Positions 1-11,824 of a DNA stretch of 33,707 bases are shown one piece after another. This DNA is from an uncultured Nitrososphaeraceae archaeon (GTDB lineage: Archaea > Thermoproteota > Nitrososphaeria > Nitrososphaerales > Nitrososphaeraceae). The stretch spans positions 1-33,707 of the forward strand of contig CAWGVG010000004.1 of NCBI GenBank assembly GCA_963825865.1, in the 5' to 3' direction. Position 1 is the first letter of the stretch. Every line of letters begins with the position of its first letter. The position numbers were made by a program, and so were the translations under genes. The notes beneath the pieces were generated by a model, which was given only the letters and a program-made list of their open reading frames with translations, was not told the DNA's origin and did not search any database.

Positions 1-105
1 GGACTCCGACATTCTTTGTAAATGGAGTACATTTACAATGATTCATGGGATTATGGGACCCTCCTAGATAGACTGCTATTTATTATAAAGCAAAAGCAAT
101 ACTAA
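1..105 (+). pseudogene. C-terminal end of a DsbA/thioredoxin-like protein (runs off window edge, 1-bp frameshift)
   Basis: Manual translation: TPTFFVNGVH, one extra T, then YNDSWDYGTLLDRLLFIIKQKQY*. Matches the DsbA-family cis-Pro GTPTFFING motif. Confidence 0.6.
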
Positions 106-1180
106 TAATAATACTAGCTAGCTACCAACATTCAGTTCAAAAAGAGGATATTTCTCTCTTTGAAGATCTTACAATGTCCTTTTATGATCTCTTATACATT
201 ATTGTACCATACTTCTGTCTAAATAGTAAATGTCTTTCCATTTTGTCTACCCGAATAAGGATATTCTTTCTTCTTCGGGGCATACACTATCCTCTTGGTT
301 TCAAATGAGTTTAAGACAAGGAATCCTAGCTGGAACCATACTGACTATATACGAGCAAAAAAATTGATATTGCATTCACCGTATAACTCTAATAATGATA
401 TGATTGCTCCCTTCTTTCAATCTCCTGCACTCTTCCAGTTAAGACCGTGACTTGATCTGGTAGCCGTGCTATAGCATCGCCTTTGAACTAATGTTGTTTA
501 CATATTCATTCAAAAGCTTTAAGGCATAAAGTTAAATCTTTGAATATACACTATATATGCATCCGACTAACCAAAAGAGAAGAACGATCCATCATTCAGA
601 ATCTGCATAGGAGGTAAAGGCCTACTATGTCCATAGAAATGATGAGTTGCCGCCATATGATAATAATAGGTATATCTTCAGTTCAAAAGAGCTTGAAGAA
701 CTCCACAATGATACGGCGGTAAGGGCAAACCAAAAGGTGGCTTTGGAACTTATTAGAAGCCGTCTTAAAAGGAAAGCCACATGTCTTTGAGAGCTAGTCG
801 GATTTTGTTATTTATTAGATCAACTGCTGAAGATCATGACCAAAGCAAGACTGCTATTTTACTCCCTCCAAAATACATAGTATAATAATCTGCTCCTGGT
901 TTTATTTTCATCCTTACCAAATCCAGAATCGGATTCAGCTGGTTCTATTTTTATTATTTTAAATGGAATAGGTGAGGTAGAATAACAGAGATTTCTTGAT
1001 TGTCAACAAGTTTAGCTTTATGATGTAAAATGTCATTATGTATCTCATCACTGTTGGTATAAGTCTAGTTGTTCGCTGTACAGTTTGGGCATAAATATTG
1101 AGTCAAATTTGGTTTACACACCTTCGAGCCCGCATTGGTATTAGTTCTCAAATAGGATTCTAGGAAAATGAAAAAATAGA

Positions 1181-1399
1181 ATGCTTGAATTGGAATCGGA
1201 TCCATATTCGATGTTTGTGTTTGCAATGAATGCAAAGCAAACTAGAGATAAATATACTGCTAGGCTAAAGAGATTCTTTGATTTTATCAAAATACCTGGT
1301 AATAATATTGAAGAACAATGCAAACTCACTGTACAAATGGAAAGGGAAAGAAGTGAAGGTAGTAGTAATAGTAACAACAACAACAATAAATGGTTCTGA
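1181..1399 (+). pseudogene. N-terminal fragment of a probable tyrosine recombinase/integrase
   Basis: DPYSMFVFAMNAKQTRDKYTARLKRFFDFI resembles, from memory, the N-terminal core-binding region of thaumarchaeal integrases. It ends after 72 aa with no catalytic domain. Confidence 0.5.
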
Positions 1400-1482
1400 A
1401 CCATTCAAATAAAAAGTGAGATTCATTAAGTTATTCAGAACTATACTGGTTAAGGACGTTAGTTTAGGAGCAAACCCAATAT

Positions 1483-3176
1483 TTACGAAATTGGAAGGCT
1501 AAATGAAAATGTAGCTCCTTTACCATCTGTGTTGTTTTGGGCCCATATTCTGCCACCATGAGCTTCTACAATGCCTTTAGAAATAAACAAGCCTAATCCT
1601 GAACCTGTGTCTGATTTACTAACAAATATCGAAAATAATTTATCGTGTATATCAGGATCAATACCCGTGCCCCTATCGGTTATGCTAATAATAACTTCAT
1701 CTCCTCCAATACTATTACCTTTATTATAGGCTTGATTGGACTTTATGGCTGTAAAGACTGTTATAGTGCTGCCGCCGTCGTTGTCATCGTCATCAACACT
1801 AGCGTCAGTCCTATTATTACTACTACTTTTCTTAGTAAACTTAGAAGCATTAGTCAAAAGATTTGATATGACTTCATAAATTCTCATTTTATCTGCTTCT
1901 ACAACTATAGGATCGACTTTTGGCTCAGCAAAGGTTATCTCTATTTTATCTTCTTTTGATTTTATATCGTTTATAACATTTCTTATCTCTTCATTAATGT
2001 TAAACTTCTCCTTGTTTAGCTTTAAAGTCTGACTTTCAATTTTTGAAACATCTAAAATGTTTTCTGAAAGACATCGTAGCCTTTTTGCATTTCTGATAAT
2101 AACATTAAGAAACTCTTCGTCTTCTTCTTTATCTATATTAGAAGAAGTCGCTTTACGGGAACGAATAACTTCAGTCAAGCCCAGTATTGGCTGTATAGGA
2201 GTACGTAATTCATGAGTGCTATATTTATAAATTGATCTTTTAATTGATCTTTATATTTGAGCTCTTCATTTAATTTTTTTAGTTCAGACGTTAATTGATT
2301 TTGGTTTGTAATGTAGTTTTTGATAGATTGCACCATGGAATTAAATGATTCGCCTAGAAGTGAAAGTTCGTCATTTCCTTTGTGTTCTTGAATTGGAACG
2401 TCAAGGTTTCCTTTTTTTATTTCAGATGTTGCTCGAGTAAGTGCACTTATTGGTTTGAGGACTTTAATTACAAAATAAAGTATTAGTAAAACCACACCTA
2501 TGTTTATTATTCCAAGAAAGATCTCTAACAGCATTAAATTCAGGGAATTTTTCGTTGAATCATCTCCTAATTGTATTACTAGTCTATCTGATGAATTGAT
2601 TAGGTTCGCAGCCAGCGATTCCAACTCTGTTTTTGTAGATCGGTATATTTTTGCTGCCGCTGAAGAGGCAGTAGTACCAGTAACATTCGTAGGTATAGCA
2701 GTAGTAGTTGTTTTTAATTGAGGTTGTTGTTGTTGCTGAGCTGGCATAACGACTTTATAAGTAATAAAAGTCTTAAAATGATTCCAATCATTATTAATTA
2801 TTTTCCATGAATCTAGAAACTTTGATGGCAATGGTTTTAATTCTATACCAGCAATTTTTCCACCTTCTTTTAATACCATTATGTTTGTATCTAATTTATT
2901 CATTGCATCGTTTAGTTTGGCTATACTATTATGTGAAATAGATGAGGAGAGCGGAGAGGAAGAAAAAATCCCATTTAAATACTCTGATGTCTGAAACAGC
3001 ACGTTCATTGTGAGAAATCTGTTTTTACCTGCAATGTTAATTGAATTTCCCAAAAGAGTTTGTTGTGATTGGAAATATGCAAGTATTGCAAAACTGCTAA
3101 TAATAAAGACAATGATAATTGTAGCCAAAAGTCCTATTTTATAAATAACTTTGGAAGTCAGTGATTGAAACAACAA
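1483..3176 (-). pseudogene. Membrane sensor histidine kinase (TM-PilJ/NarX-like sensor-TM-HAMP-HisKA-HATPase) split by a 1-bp deletion
   Basis: ORFs 2175..3176 and 1483..2178 join if one base is restored at 2216/2217: NIA[A]HELRTPIQPILGLTEV (H-box). HAMP (KPISALTRATSEIKKGNLD...DELSLLGESFNSM), N box (NLLTNASKFT) and G boxes (DRGTGI, GSGLGL) are present. Confidence 0.88.
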
Positions 3177-3502
3177 AGCTCAACACCTATGATTATACTT
3201 GCAGCCAAAATTTGTTGTTGTGGTCATAGAAAGATGATCCTACCAATGTCATTACGATAAATCGTAATTTGTATCACGATTAATTATATACATTGTGGTA
3301 ATATTTTTATTTTTATAATATAGTTCTTGTTATTAAATCGGAATGCGATAAATATAAATTAATTAAATGTTTATAGCAAATTCTACATTACTAAAAGACA
3401 CTAATATCGGAAAGGCTCCGTCGAGATTGGGAACAAATTTGACGTAATAATAGGCTTTAATTAGACTAGTAATAGCAAGTAGATTATTATATTATTGGTA
3501 GG

Positions 3503-5288
3503 TCAATTAGTAATCGGTAAACTAAAGGAAAATGTGGCTCCTTTTCCATCAATATTATTCTCAGCCCATATCTTGCCACCATGGGCTTCTACAATGCTTT
3601 TACAAATATACAACCCTAATCCTGTACCCTGAAAAGATTTTGATGCAAACTTTTCAAATAACCTAGGCATTATCCCAGGTTCTATACCGATACCTGTGTC
3701 CTTGATACTGACAATAGCCTGACCGTCATCGTCAACCTTTTCAGTGTTAATATTTATAATTCCTCTTTCTCCTTCTCCTCCATTGACTTTTGCTTCTGTA
3801 AATTTAACAGCATTACTTAGAATGTTGAAAACTACTTGAGCTATTCTTGCTTTATCCGCTTGTATGAATATATCGCGAGGCTGATATACTAATTTTATAA
3901 GGTCTCCTTGTTGGCCCTTCTTAACAATGTTTGATATCTATATCATGTGTGGTATTTGCTATTATATCATTTAAGTTGAAAAACTCCTTCTTTAGGTTTA
4001 GTGACTCACTTTCAATTTTTGTGACATCTAAAATGTCGTCAGCAAGTCTCTGCAGTCTTTTCGCGTTCCTCATTATAACATCTAATAATTCATTTTGTTC
4101 TGCTGCTGATGATCTTGTATCTCTGCTATTATTAGAAAGAAGAATATCAGTTAATCCAAGTATTGGCTGGATAGGTGTTCGTAATTCATGCGCTGTTATA
4201 TCGATAAATTCTTTTTGCATTCTATCATGAATTCTTAGCTGCTCATACATCTTGCTTAATTTTTGATGTAGTTCTGTCTGTTTCCAAAGACTGTCAAATA
4301 TAGAAGCATATGCTAAAGCAATTGGTTTGCTATTAGAGTATGCAGCTAATCCTGCTGCATTATACGAATTATCTTTTGAATCGTCCTTTGTCTCTATAAT
4401 TAGAGATTCTTTTCTATCAACTACTAGAATTCCAACTGTACTTTCTAAACTCTTGTCTACGCTTCCAATATCTAGCTGAGGCAATACCAAATTTACTTCG
4501 TTTACTATTTGTATTACCTCATTTTGATCAGCAGGAATTAATATTCTAACTCTTACACCACGTTCTACTGCGTCTTTGAATAAGCGCATTATACCTAATC
4601 TTGTTTGACGACGAAATGCATGGATTGAGGAAAATATTCTTAATACCTCCTCTTCTGCTGATTTTACTAAATCATAAGCTCGTTTTATCGAGCCTGTAGG
4701 ATTTTGAATAATTTCTATGCTAGTCGATTCAATGCCTTCTTCAATATCTCCTATTCTATCTTTAGCATCAATTCCATTTTTCCATAATTCTTCAAATATA
4801 TAATAAAAATGGTTGACATATACAGGTTCATTACTAAGTAATAGACTTTGAACATTTTTACCACCTTCCATCTTTTCTATGGTAGCTGCTATTTCTTTAT
4901 CTGAAACAGCAAAGCTCATAGGTGGTAGATTTTTAACATGTTTTATTTCGATACCTGCATTCAGAAGTATGTTAGCTAAATTCATATCATCTCTATCTAT
5001 ATTACTTATGTATCTGATACCCTCGTGCTCCCCTTTCTTTTGCTTGTCCAATAACTTTTTGGTTACCTCAAAAAAATTATTGTAACTATATTGCATTCCT
5101 CCAGCTGTCAAACAAGTATATAATTCACTTGAGCTGGCAGTTAAGCGACCGATTTCTTTGACAATCTCCTGAACATCCTCAATTATCCTAGTCTCGTAAT
5201 GTACTGTTCCCTCTTCTATCTCTTTAATTCTCTTTTCTGCAAGGATTGATCTGTTCCACAGAGTCTCAATTCCGTCAATACTTGCCAT
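3503..5288 (-). pseudogene. Cytoplasmic sensor histidine kinase, frameshifted near 3935 and probably missing its N-terminus
   Basis: H-box ITAHELRTPIQPILG is in ORF 3921..5288. The HATPase continues in another frame (ADKARIAQVVFNILSNAVKFT...DTGIGI...GTGLGL...HGGKIWAENN...FSLPITN*) to 3503. Confidence 0.88.
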
Positions 5289-6102
5289 TGTCGGTAACCT
5301 CTTCTTCTTCTTCCCTTTTCTTTATTTCAATAATCCAACTTGCTTGTAGAAGCAAGGCTTTATTGATTTGTCATGTATTTATATATAGATATTATTTGTC
5401 ATATCTGCTTATTTATATTTAATTGCATAATCAGCAAGAACCGTAACTGCTGGTTTAACGCGAGAAGGTTCTGAGAGCTTTATCAATAAATTGCCGGCAA
5501 GCAATTTCTCTCTATTTGTGTTAGTAGGAAGTCTATGGATTGCTGTTGTACTACTACGTTTGTTGTTGATTACCGTTGTATGGACAAGGGTTTCTTCGAC
5601 ACTATTGTATCCTTCTTGGAAGAGTTGGCATATGCAAAGTCTTTCCATGACTCAATTTCTAGTTAAGAGTATGTCTTCCCTTTTATTGTCTGAGACGGAA
5701 AAACAAGGTCTCTCTATAAGACAATTTTATCCAGAAGACATAACTTTTATTATATAATACAAGCTGCAGTTTTTACAAATCAGTGTGTATCTTCTCTCTT
5801 CTATCTGCTATGAAGTATTCCATGCCTCTCAGAATTGCTGTCAATCCAACAAGACATTTCTCGTAACTCTTCTGACAATCTTTCATCTACATACTTTTTA
5901 ATATTCTCTTTTGATTTCTGTCTTAGGTATTGTATATTCTTAGGGCCAGTATCAGATATGTATTTTTATACATAATATTCTATGTAAATATATTATTGTA
6001 TAAGTGTTTGTTGAAATATTTTATTATAGGGATGTTATTATTAAATAATATGAAATCAGCAATATTACAGATTGTGTAAGAATTGGAAGAATGGTAATCG
6101 AT

Positions 6103-6370
6103 TTAATTATCTTCGTCCTCATTATCGGTTTCTGATTGAATGAATGTATGTTCTTCCTCTTTCCTGTACGTATAGGCTGCTAATCTTTGTGTATCTCCTT
6201 TTTGTAAACCAGATAGTTCGTTTTGGGGTAATGACAATGATGATTCGCTGTTCCTTACTACATCACTAATGGTCTTATTTGTAAGGTCTTCTACCATTTT
6301 GTCATAAAGCTGCCTCTGACTCATCCAACAATGTCTTCTCACAAACCTCTTCATCGCTGTAATCTATGAT
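6103..6370 (-). pseudogene. C-terminal remnant of a hypothetical protein
   Basis: DYSDEEVCEKTLLDESE, +1 frameshift, then QLYDKMVEDLTNKTISD. Helical and protein-like, with no start context. Confidence 0.35.
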
Positions 6371-6559
6371 GGGCAAATGATTGTGAATGCTATCCTTTTT
6401 TTCGGCGGAATCAACTCCAGTATCAACATCAGAGCCATCGATACCACCAACTCCAGAGGACTTAACTTCCTCTTCTACTCTTGCTATTTTTTACACTTCT
6501 ATTCTCAGCCTATGAATCTAAGATTTTCAGCTTGCTTATGCTCCTACCAGCTACCAAAA

Positions 6560-6973
6560 TTATATTGCTCCCCAAAGCTCCATAATTTTGCCATTTGAGA
6601 TGCGAAAGAGATCAAACCCTGTTGCAACATATGGCATGCCTGTAGGTGGATTACCAAACAATGGCCCTGTGTTTGTTCCACTATTTGTCCATCTAATCAG
6701 TACCTTATCTCCTTTTGCAAAAATATCATCATGTACAAGTTTTCGATCTGGTACAGCTGCTATTATTGCAGATGCACATTTCTTTGTTCCTTCAGGGCCA
6801 TTACGTAGGTCTTCAGGAAGAACTGGATTGTGTAAAACGAAATCAGGCGATAGAATCTCGTCTGCTACTTCTAGTTTACCTTTTTGAAATATGTCATTGT
6901 GGTAACGAAGAGCTAGAGCTTCATTTTTTTCCTCTTCTTCGTTTGATGTGGAGGAGGATTGTTGTTTCTCCAT
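6560..6973 (-). CDS. SnoaL-like ester cyclase (NTF2-like fold); last residues possibly frameshifted
   Basis: ADEILSPDFVLH...GDKVLIRWTNSGTNTGPLFGNPPTG...FRISNGKIMELW is the typical SnoaL/ester cyclase pattern. Confidence 0.85.
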   Translation of the reverse strand: MEKQQSSSTSNEEEEKNEALALRYHNDIFQKGKLEVADEILSPDFVLHNPVLPEDLRNGPEGTKKCASAIIAAVPDRKLVHDDIFAKGDKVLIRWTNSGTNTGPLFGNPPTGMPYVATGFDLFRISNGKIMELWGAI

Positions 6974-7521
6974 AAATCTGGAATTGTTAGAGGAATATAT
7001 AAGGTTCCCTAAAATTCCGCAATTGTATCTGAAATAGAATCAGGTAATGGAAAAATGGGGAGCTGATGCAATGATGATCTCCATTATAGGTTGCACAAGA
7101 TTTCTGCGTGCAACTGAGTAGGCCTGAGATATTATCGATAAAACAACATTTCCTCTTTCCTCCCATGTGTATGAGCGCAACAATGGACACACAACTCTCA
7201 AGAACCGATCATCGTCTCTCAGTTCATTAAAGATACTCTTTTTCTTGAAGGGTAATGTACTGATTAAGATCACATCCTTCCTTACAGGTATTCCAGTAGT
7301 CAAGTTTACGTCCAAAGTATTTACAACAGTCCTGATAGCTCAATAAGGAAAATATCGTAATCTTTCTATTTAATGTTAAAAATCATATCTTAGAGCCTAT
7401 TTTCCATTTATTGGTTGTCATGTCCTTCCCTCATCTATTTTATACTATGGCAAGAAATCAAATGTGGCAACGATAATTAAAAAACCTATTTTTTTAGGAT
7501 AGCATATAGAGAGATAGATAT

Positions 7522-8243
7522 ATGAAAATACAAGCTACTATCATCACAATTACTATCGTTATTATGGTTATTGTATCTGTTGCAGCATTTGGGACATTTT
7601 CTTTTGCAGTGAAAACCAATAGTACAGGTACACAGCATACTACTAGCACAGCTTCTCCTCCTCCTCCTTCCTTCACACCTTCAAAAATAACAGCAAAAAA
7701 TCCTGTTGCACATAACGCTACTACTTTAACGAGTGGCAAGCCACCCCTGTTCTGGTACTGACAACTACCTCTGGAATCACGTATACGGTAAAACTCGTAT
7801 CAACGGGACTAAAACATTCTACAGGTTCCATGATTACGGCCAATGTATAACCGTGACAGGAACAGTTTACAGCAGCGCAGGAACAACTCAAGAACCAGAT
7901 GGCGACCTGCATTTTACTCTACAGTTAGATCCACAATATGAACACTATTCAAACCAGTTTGACCCCCAATGTATACCACATGGAGGTTCAGGAACACCCT
8001 GTAAGAACATAATAGTAGAAGTCATATGTCATAATGCAATCGACTCAAGTTATAACAAATTTGGTGATTATTGTAAAGGCGTAAACAGTGTATATCCATA
8101 CAACCAAAAGCCTTCCCAAGGTGACAAACTATCTGTTAGCGGCAGATGGGTCCAAGACATAGATATGACTGTGGACCCAAAAGACCGTCATGCTGCCTTG
8201 GAATGAAATTCATCCTGCTAGCAATATTCATAAGATTCCATAA
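7522..8243 (+). pseudogene. Secreted or membrane-anchored hypothetical protein with two 1-bp frameshifts
   Basis: The signal/TM segment and Thr/Pro linker (7522..7740) join ORF 7733..8206 (EPDGDLHF, IIVEVIC, VSGRWVQD). A second shift near 8198 gives WNEIHPASNIHKIP* at 8243. Confidence 0.65.
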
Positions 8244-8991
8244 GGTAATATGCATAACACTCGTGCCATAGATAGTTCAATTCAAATCCCTACAAAGGTG
8301 TCGCGCGACCAAATCCAGACTTGCTTGTAATAACCCTACTACCATTCAAGACTGGCAGGGTTTCTTCTTCATCTCGTTAAGACTGAAATTATGTGCATAT
8401 AGTGAAAAGTCTTCTGGTTATTATTGGTTCTCACATACAGCAGACAAAAAACCGTTGCTAAATAAGGAAAATAAAAGTAAGCAGACTAATAATAATCTCG
8501 TAATTATTAGTATGACGCAAATGGTATTATTAACTTATCAAAAAGACATAGCTTCTGATAACCTGTGTATTCCTCTGCCTTGTTTTAAGGTTTTGTGTAT
8601 AAAAGACTACACATAGAAGAAGAATGAGGTATATCAAGCAATGCCTCAGCTTGTTTGTATCAGATGAAGATTCTGAAGTTGAAAAAACTAAAGTTGCAGT
8701 CTAATGCAGCATTTACAATGAAGCCAATATCAAAGATGCTTTGAAGGTTATTTCACTACTCCAGATTTAATACTTGTCCAGAAGTTATATTCTGTCCTTG
8801 CTATGATGGCGGAGCTTATGACCTTCAACATTTATGAATCAAAAGCCGTAGAGAAAGATTTCCATTCAATTCATTTAAACTATTGCCGACGATTCCTTAA
8901 CCTCTCGAGTTTTGTGCTATGTATGCCACATCATAATAGTCAAACGATTTGAAGGTTTGACTGATACGACAAATCGATTAACACTGCAGAG

Positions 8992-9252
8992 TCAGAAACG
9001 ACACATCAAACCTTTCTTGCTGACCTTTTCATTTATATCATCACGAATGATGGGTTCAGTGTTGCATACAAATCCGGCTTGACTTATTGCTTTATGGGAA
9101 GGAAGTTTATCTTCCAATTCTCCCAGCTCGTCATAAAGATACGGCTTAGCATATTTAGCATCCCATGCCTCTATTATTTCTGTTTCAGCTTCTGAGCAAG
9201 AAATAACTTCTATATCTCCAATATTTCCAAATTTTTTATTTGCTGATCTCAT
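8992..9252 (-). CDS. Hypothetical protein or fragment
   Basis: 86-aa ORF with protein-like composition and no recognised motif. Confidence 0.3.
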   Translation of the reverse strand: MRSANKKFGNIGDIEVISCSEAETEIIEAWDAKYAKPYLYDELGELEDKLPSHKAISQAGFVCNTEPIIRDDINEKVSKKGLMCRF

Positions 9253-9393
9253 CTGAAATAATGAACTGTTAGTTTTGCTAAGCTACTATATTGTGCAAGT
9301 ATAATATTACCACCTCCTTCGGTATTTGTTAATGGTTTTTGTTTTGGCCTTTTTCCTCTGATAAGTAAGTTCACAATTGCGTTATAAACAAAA

Positions 9394-9975
9394 TTACCTA
9401 AGATCAAGACCACAGTTGCTGCAAAATTTAGGTTTGCTATGATAAGTGATACCGCACCTTGGGCACTTGAATAAGATCTTTGACTCTTCAAGTAAAGTAC
9501 GACGCAGACTTTTCATCATAATAATGAGTGTGTCAAAATCTTCTTCAGTCAAATTCTCTATCCCCTCGATTTTGTTTTTTATGGCTGTCTTCGTTTCATG
9601 ACCTAATAAAATGGGTTGAAGTTCAGTCTTTGACTTTAACCTTGACTCTGCTCGCCGCATTCTTCTCTGTGCTAGCGTACTTACTAAGAGCGCAAAGATA
9701 CCGATTCCTGATAACATCATGAGTATTGCTATTAACCGTCCGGCTGCCGTAACTGGATAGTAATCACCATATCCTACAGTCGCGATTGTAACTACAGCCC
9801 ACCATAGGGCATCACTTAACTTGGTTATATTAGCACCTTGATGTCCGTGTTCTGCCAGATATACAGCAATACCCCCAAAAATTATAATCAATGAAACAAG
9901 AACTGCTAAAGTAACAACACTCATGTTTGTTTTTGGTAATGTATAGAGGTGATGGTCACTAGTCATAAAAAACAC
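9394..9975 (-). CDS. Two-TM potassium channel (Ion_trans_2, KcsA-like) with C-terminal zinc ribbon
   Basis: Pore helix and filter DALWWAVVTIATVGYGDYYP, flanked by two TM helices. Tail CPRC...FCSNCG. Confidence 0.92.
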   Translation of the reverse strand: MFFMTSDHHLYTLPKTNMSVVTLAVLVSLIIIFGGIAVYLAEHGHQGANITKLSDALWWAVVTIATVGYGDYYPVTAAGRLIAILMMLSGIGIFALLVSTLAQRRMRRAESRLKSKTELQPILLGHETKTAIKNKIEGIENLTEEDFDTLIIMMKSLRRTLLEESKILFKCPRCGITYHSKPKFCSNCGLDLR

Positions 9976-9999
9976 ATTTCTTACGTTATATGAGTATAT

Positions 10000-10240
10000 A
10001 ATAATAAACTGCTCATATGTACAGATTCAACCGTTTTCTGTCTTCTGTAATATTCTATAAGAGGCTTCTATAGGTCGGTAAACCTTGGATAGTATTTTGA
10101 TACCACCGGATCATACTTTCTCTGTATCCAGCATTCTTCAACAGCATTAAATTCAGATGCCTTTTGGAAAGTATATACACTTTTAGAACATCTTTTTTCC
10201 TCTATGTATTCCCTCACAGTCTTTGCGATATTGTACTGCT
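10000..10240 (-). pseudogene. Degraded IS630-family transposase C-terminus
   Basis: Manual translation KTVREYIEE...KASEFNAVEECW...VSKYYPRFTDL*...EYYR resembles the IS630 SPELNPIExxW motif. Contains stops and indels. Confidence 0.55.
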
Positions 10241-10277
10241 ACCTTTTTGCGATCATTTTACTCATAGCAGGATTTAC

Positions 10278-10390
10278 TCAACCATGTTGATATTCACTCA
10301 ACCTATAGAAATGCATTGCCAGCCTGAAAGCGTCAAAAACATCGTCATACGATGTGGCTTCCTTATCCAGCACTCCATCATTTTCCACGG
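10278..10390 (-). pseudogene. C-terminal remnant of a second terminase-large-subunit-like gene
   Basis: Translates VENDGVLDKEATSYDDVFDAFRLAMHFYRLSEYQHG*, nearly identical to VENDGMLDKEATSYDDIFDAFRLAMCYYRF at the end of 29429..30952. Confidence 0.88.
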
Positions 10391-10820
10391 GGAAATGCTA
10401 CAGTCAATGACCTAATACACGACGCAGAGAAAGCTTTGAATGTTCTTTTGCAAGAGCCAGAGGTAGATCCTAAGAGGATAAGTATAATAGGTCATAGTGA
10501 AGGCACAGTTATTGCCCCTAGAGTTGCAATTGACAATTCAACGAAGGTAAAGAATATAGTACTAATGGGCAGAGTAGCTCAGAATTTAATTCGAGATATA
10601 TTGCTCTATCAAGTTGTATACCTACGTTCAGAGTACGCTACACAGGTACTGGATAAAAATCACACTGGATTGATATCCAGGTACAGCAAATTGCAAAAGA
10701 TCCTTTGTTAGATGATGTGTTGGCAGGGTCTTCTATTTTGAAAGCCAACAATGCCAAAGCCACAACTAAAGTTCTAACAAAAGAATTTGGAAATAAAGGA
10801 AATTCAAGCGGTTACCTAAG

Positions 10821-11824
10821 TGTTGTACTTACAGACATAGGTAACACTTCTGCTAGGAAGTGGATATCTCTATAGAAATTAGAACAAAATTCAATCTCAT
10901 TCATGAACATGAATGGACTGGTAATAGTATTAGCGATATTTGCAATAAATACGAAATATCTAGGAAGACATATTACAAGTGGAAAAATAGATACATAGAG
11001 CACGGAATAGACGGGTTGAAAGACCTATCTAGAAGGCCTCATAGCATCAAAACCAAAGTATCTAAAGAAATAGAAGAAACAATACTTGATTTAAGATTAA
11101 AGACCTTTGGTACTAGTAGAATCAGGTTCAGATTAAAAAGACTTGGAGTATCATTGAGCAGTAGAACCATATACAAGACATTGAAAAAACATACTCTCAA
11201 CGTTCTAAACTGTAAGGTAAAGAATAATAGAAAGTATAAGCGATTTGCAATGAAACATCCAAATGACATGCTTCAAATGGATATACTTGGACCATTTTAC
11301 GTACGCTGTTCTAGCACAAGAAATTACATGATAAGCTGTATAGATGACTGTTCAAGAAAAGTTGCTAGCAAGTGGTCTGAAAGAAAGAGGAGCATTGATG
11401 TTTTGAATGTACTAGAGGAGTGGATTATGGATAACGGAAAGCCCAGGAAAGTTATGCATGACAACGGTAAGCAGTTTACATCTAAACTATTCAAACACTT
11501 TCTATATAAGAATAACATAAAGGATAAACCAATTCCAAATTCATATCCACAGTTACAAGGAAAGATAGAAGCATATAACAAGATTGTAAAGAATGAGTTC
11601 TTGACAGTTGAAGAAATAACAAGTATTGATGATGGAAAACTAAGGTATGATATGTTTGTCAAAGCATATAATGAAACTAGGGAACATGGTGGAATAAATG
11701 ATCTTACTCCTTCTGAAAGGTTTGTACAAAGGTTAATTAAATCTAAGACATATACAAAAAGGAAGCAAGAAAGTGTAACCTATGTAGGTAATCAAAATTG
11801 TTACCCATCTGTGTAAGTACAACA
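10821..11824 (+). mobile_element. IS481-family insertion sequence, copy 1 (1004 bp), TSD CCTAAG
   Basis: TGT...ACA ends and 26-bp terminal IRs (10821-10846 / 11799-11824, 23/26 match). CCTAAG at 10815-10820 and 11825-11830. Confidence 0.95.
10860..11816 (+). CDS. IS481-family transposase (HTH + rve integrase core)
   Basis: ISRKTYYKWKNRY HTH; DDE in QMDILG / HDNGKQF / GKIEAYNK. The stop codon lies in the right IR. Confidence 0.93.
   Translation: MDISIEIRTKFNLIHEHEWTGNSISDICNKYEISRKTYYKWKNRYIEHGIDGLKDLSRRPHSIKTKVSKEIEETILDLRLKTFGTSRIRFRLKRLGVSLSSRTIYKTLKKHTLNVLNCKVKNNRKYKRFAMKHPNDMLQMDILGPFYVRCSSTRNYMISCIDDCSRKVASKWSERKRSIDVLNVLEEWIMDNGKPRKVMHDNGKQFTSKLFKHFLYKNNIKDKPIPNSYPQLQGKIEAYNKIVKNEFLTVEEITSIDDGKLRYDMFVKAYNETREHGGINDLTPSERFVQRLIKSKTYTKRKQESVTYVGNQNCYPSV

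Noticed and set aside
131-691. TTCAGTTCAAAA(A)GAG present twice
   Set aside because: Short AT-rich match with no associated structure.
558-790. ORF with one in-frame TAG as stop-codon readthrough
   Set aside because: No recognisable homology and no recoding signal; decay is the simpler explanation.
1120-1140. TTCGAGCCCGC upstream of the integrase stub as a tRNA 3' end or att site
   Set aside because: Too short, no cloverleaf, and no second copy seen in the window.
3251-3268. 8-bp-arm dyads (also 8485-8511, 18065-18096, 26683-26701)
   Set aside because: Arms of 8-9 bp in AT-rich DNA are expected by chance; they cannot be called operators or terminators from sequence alone.
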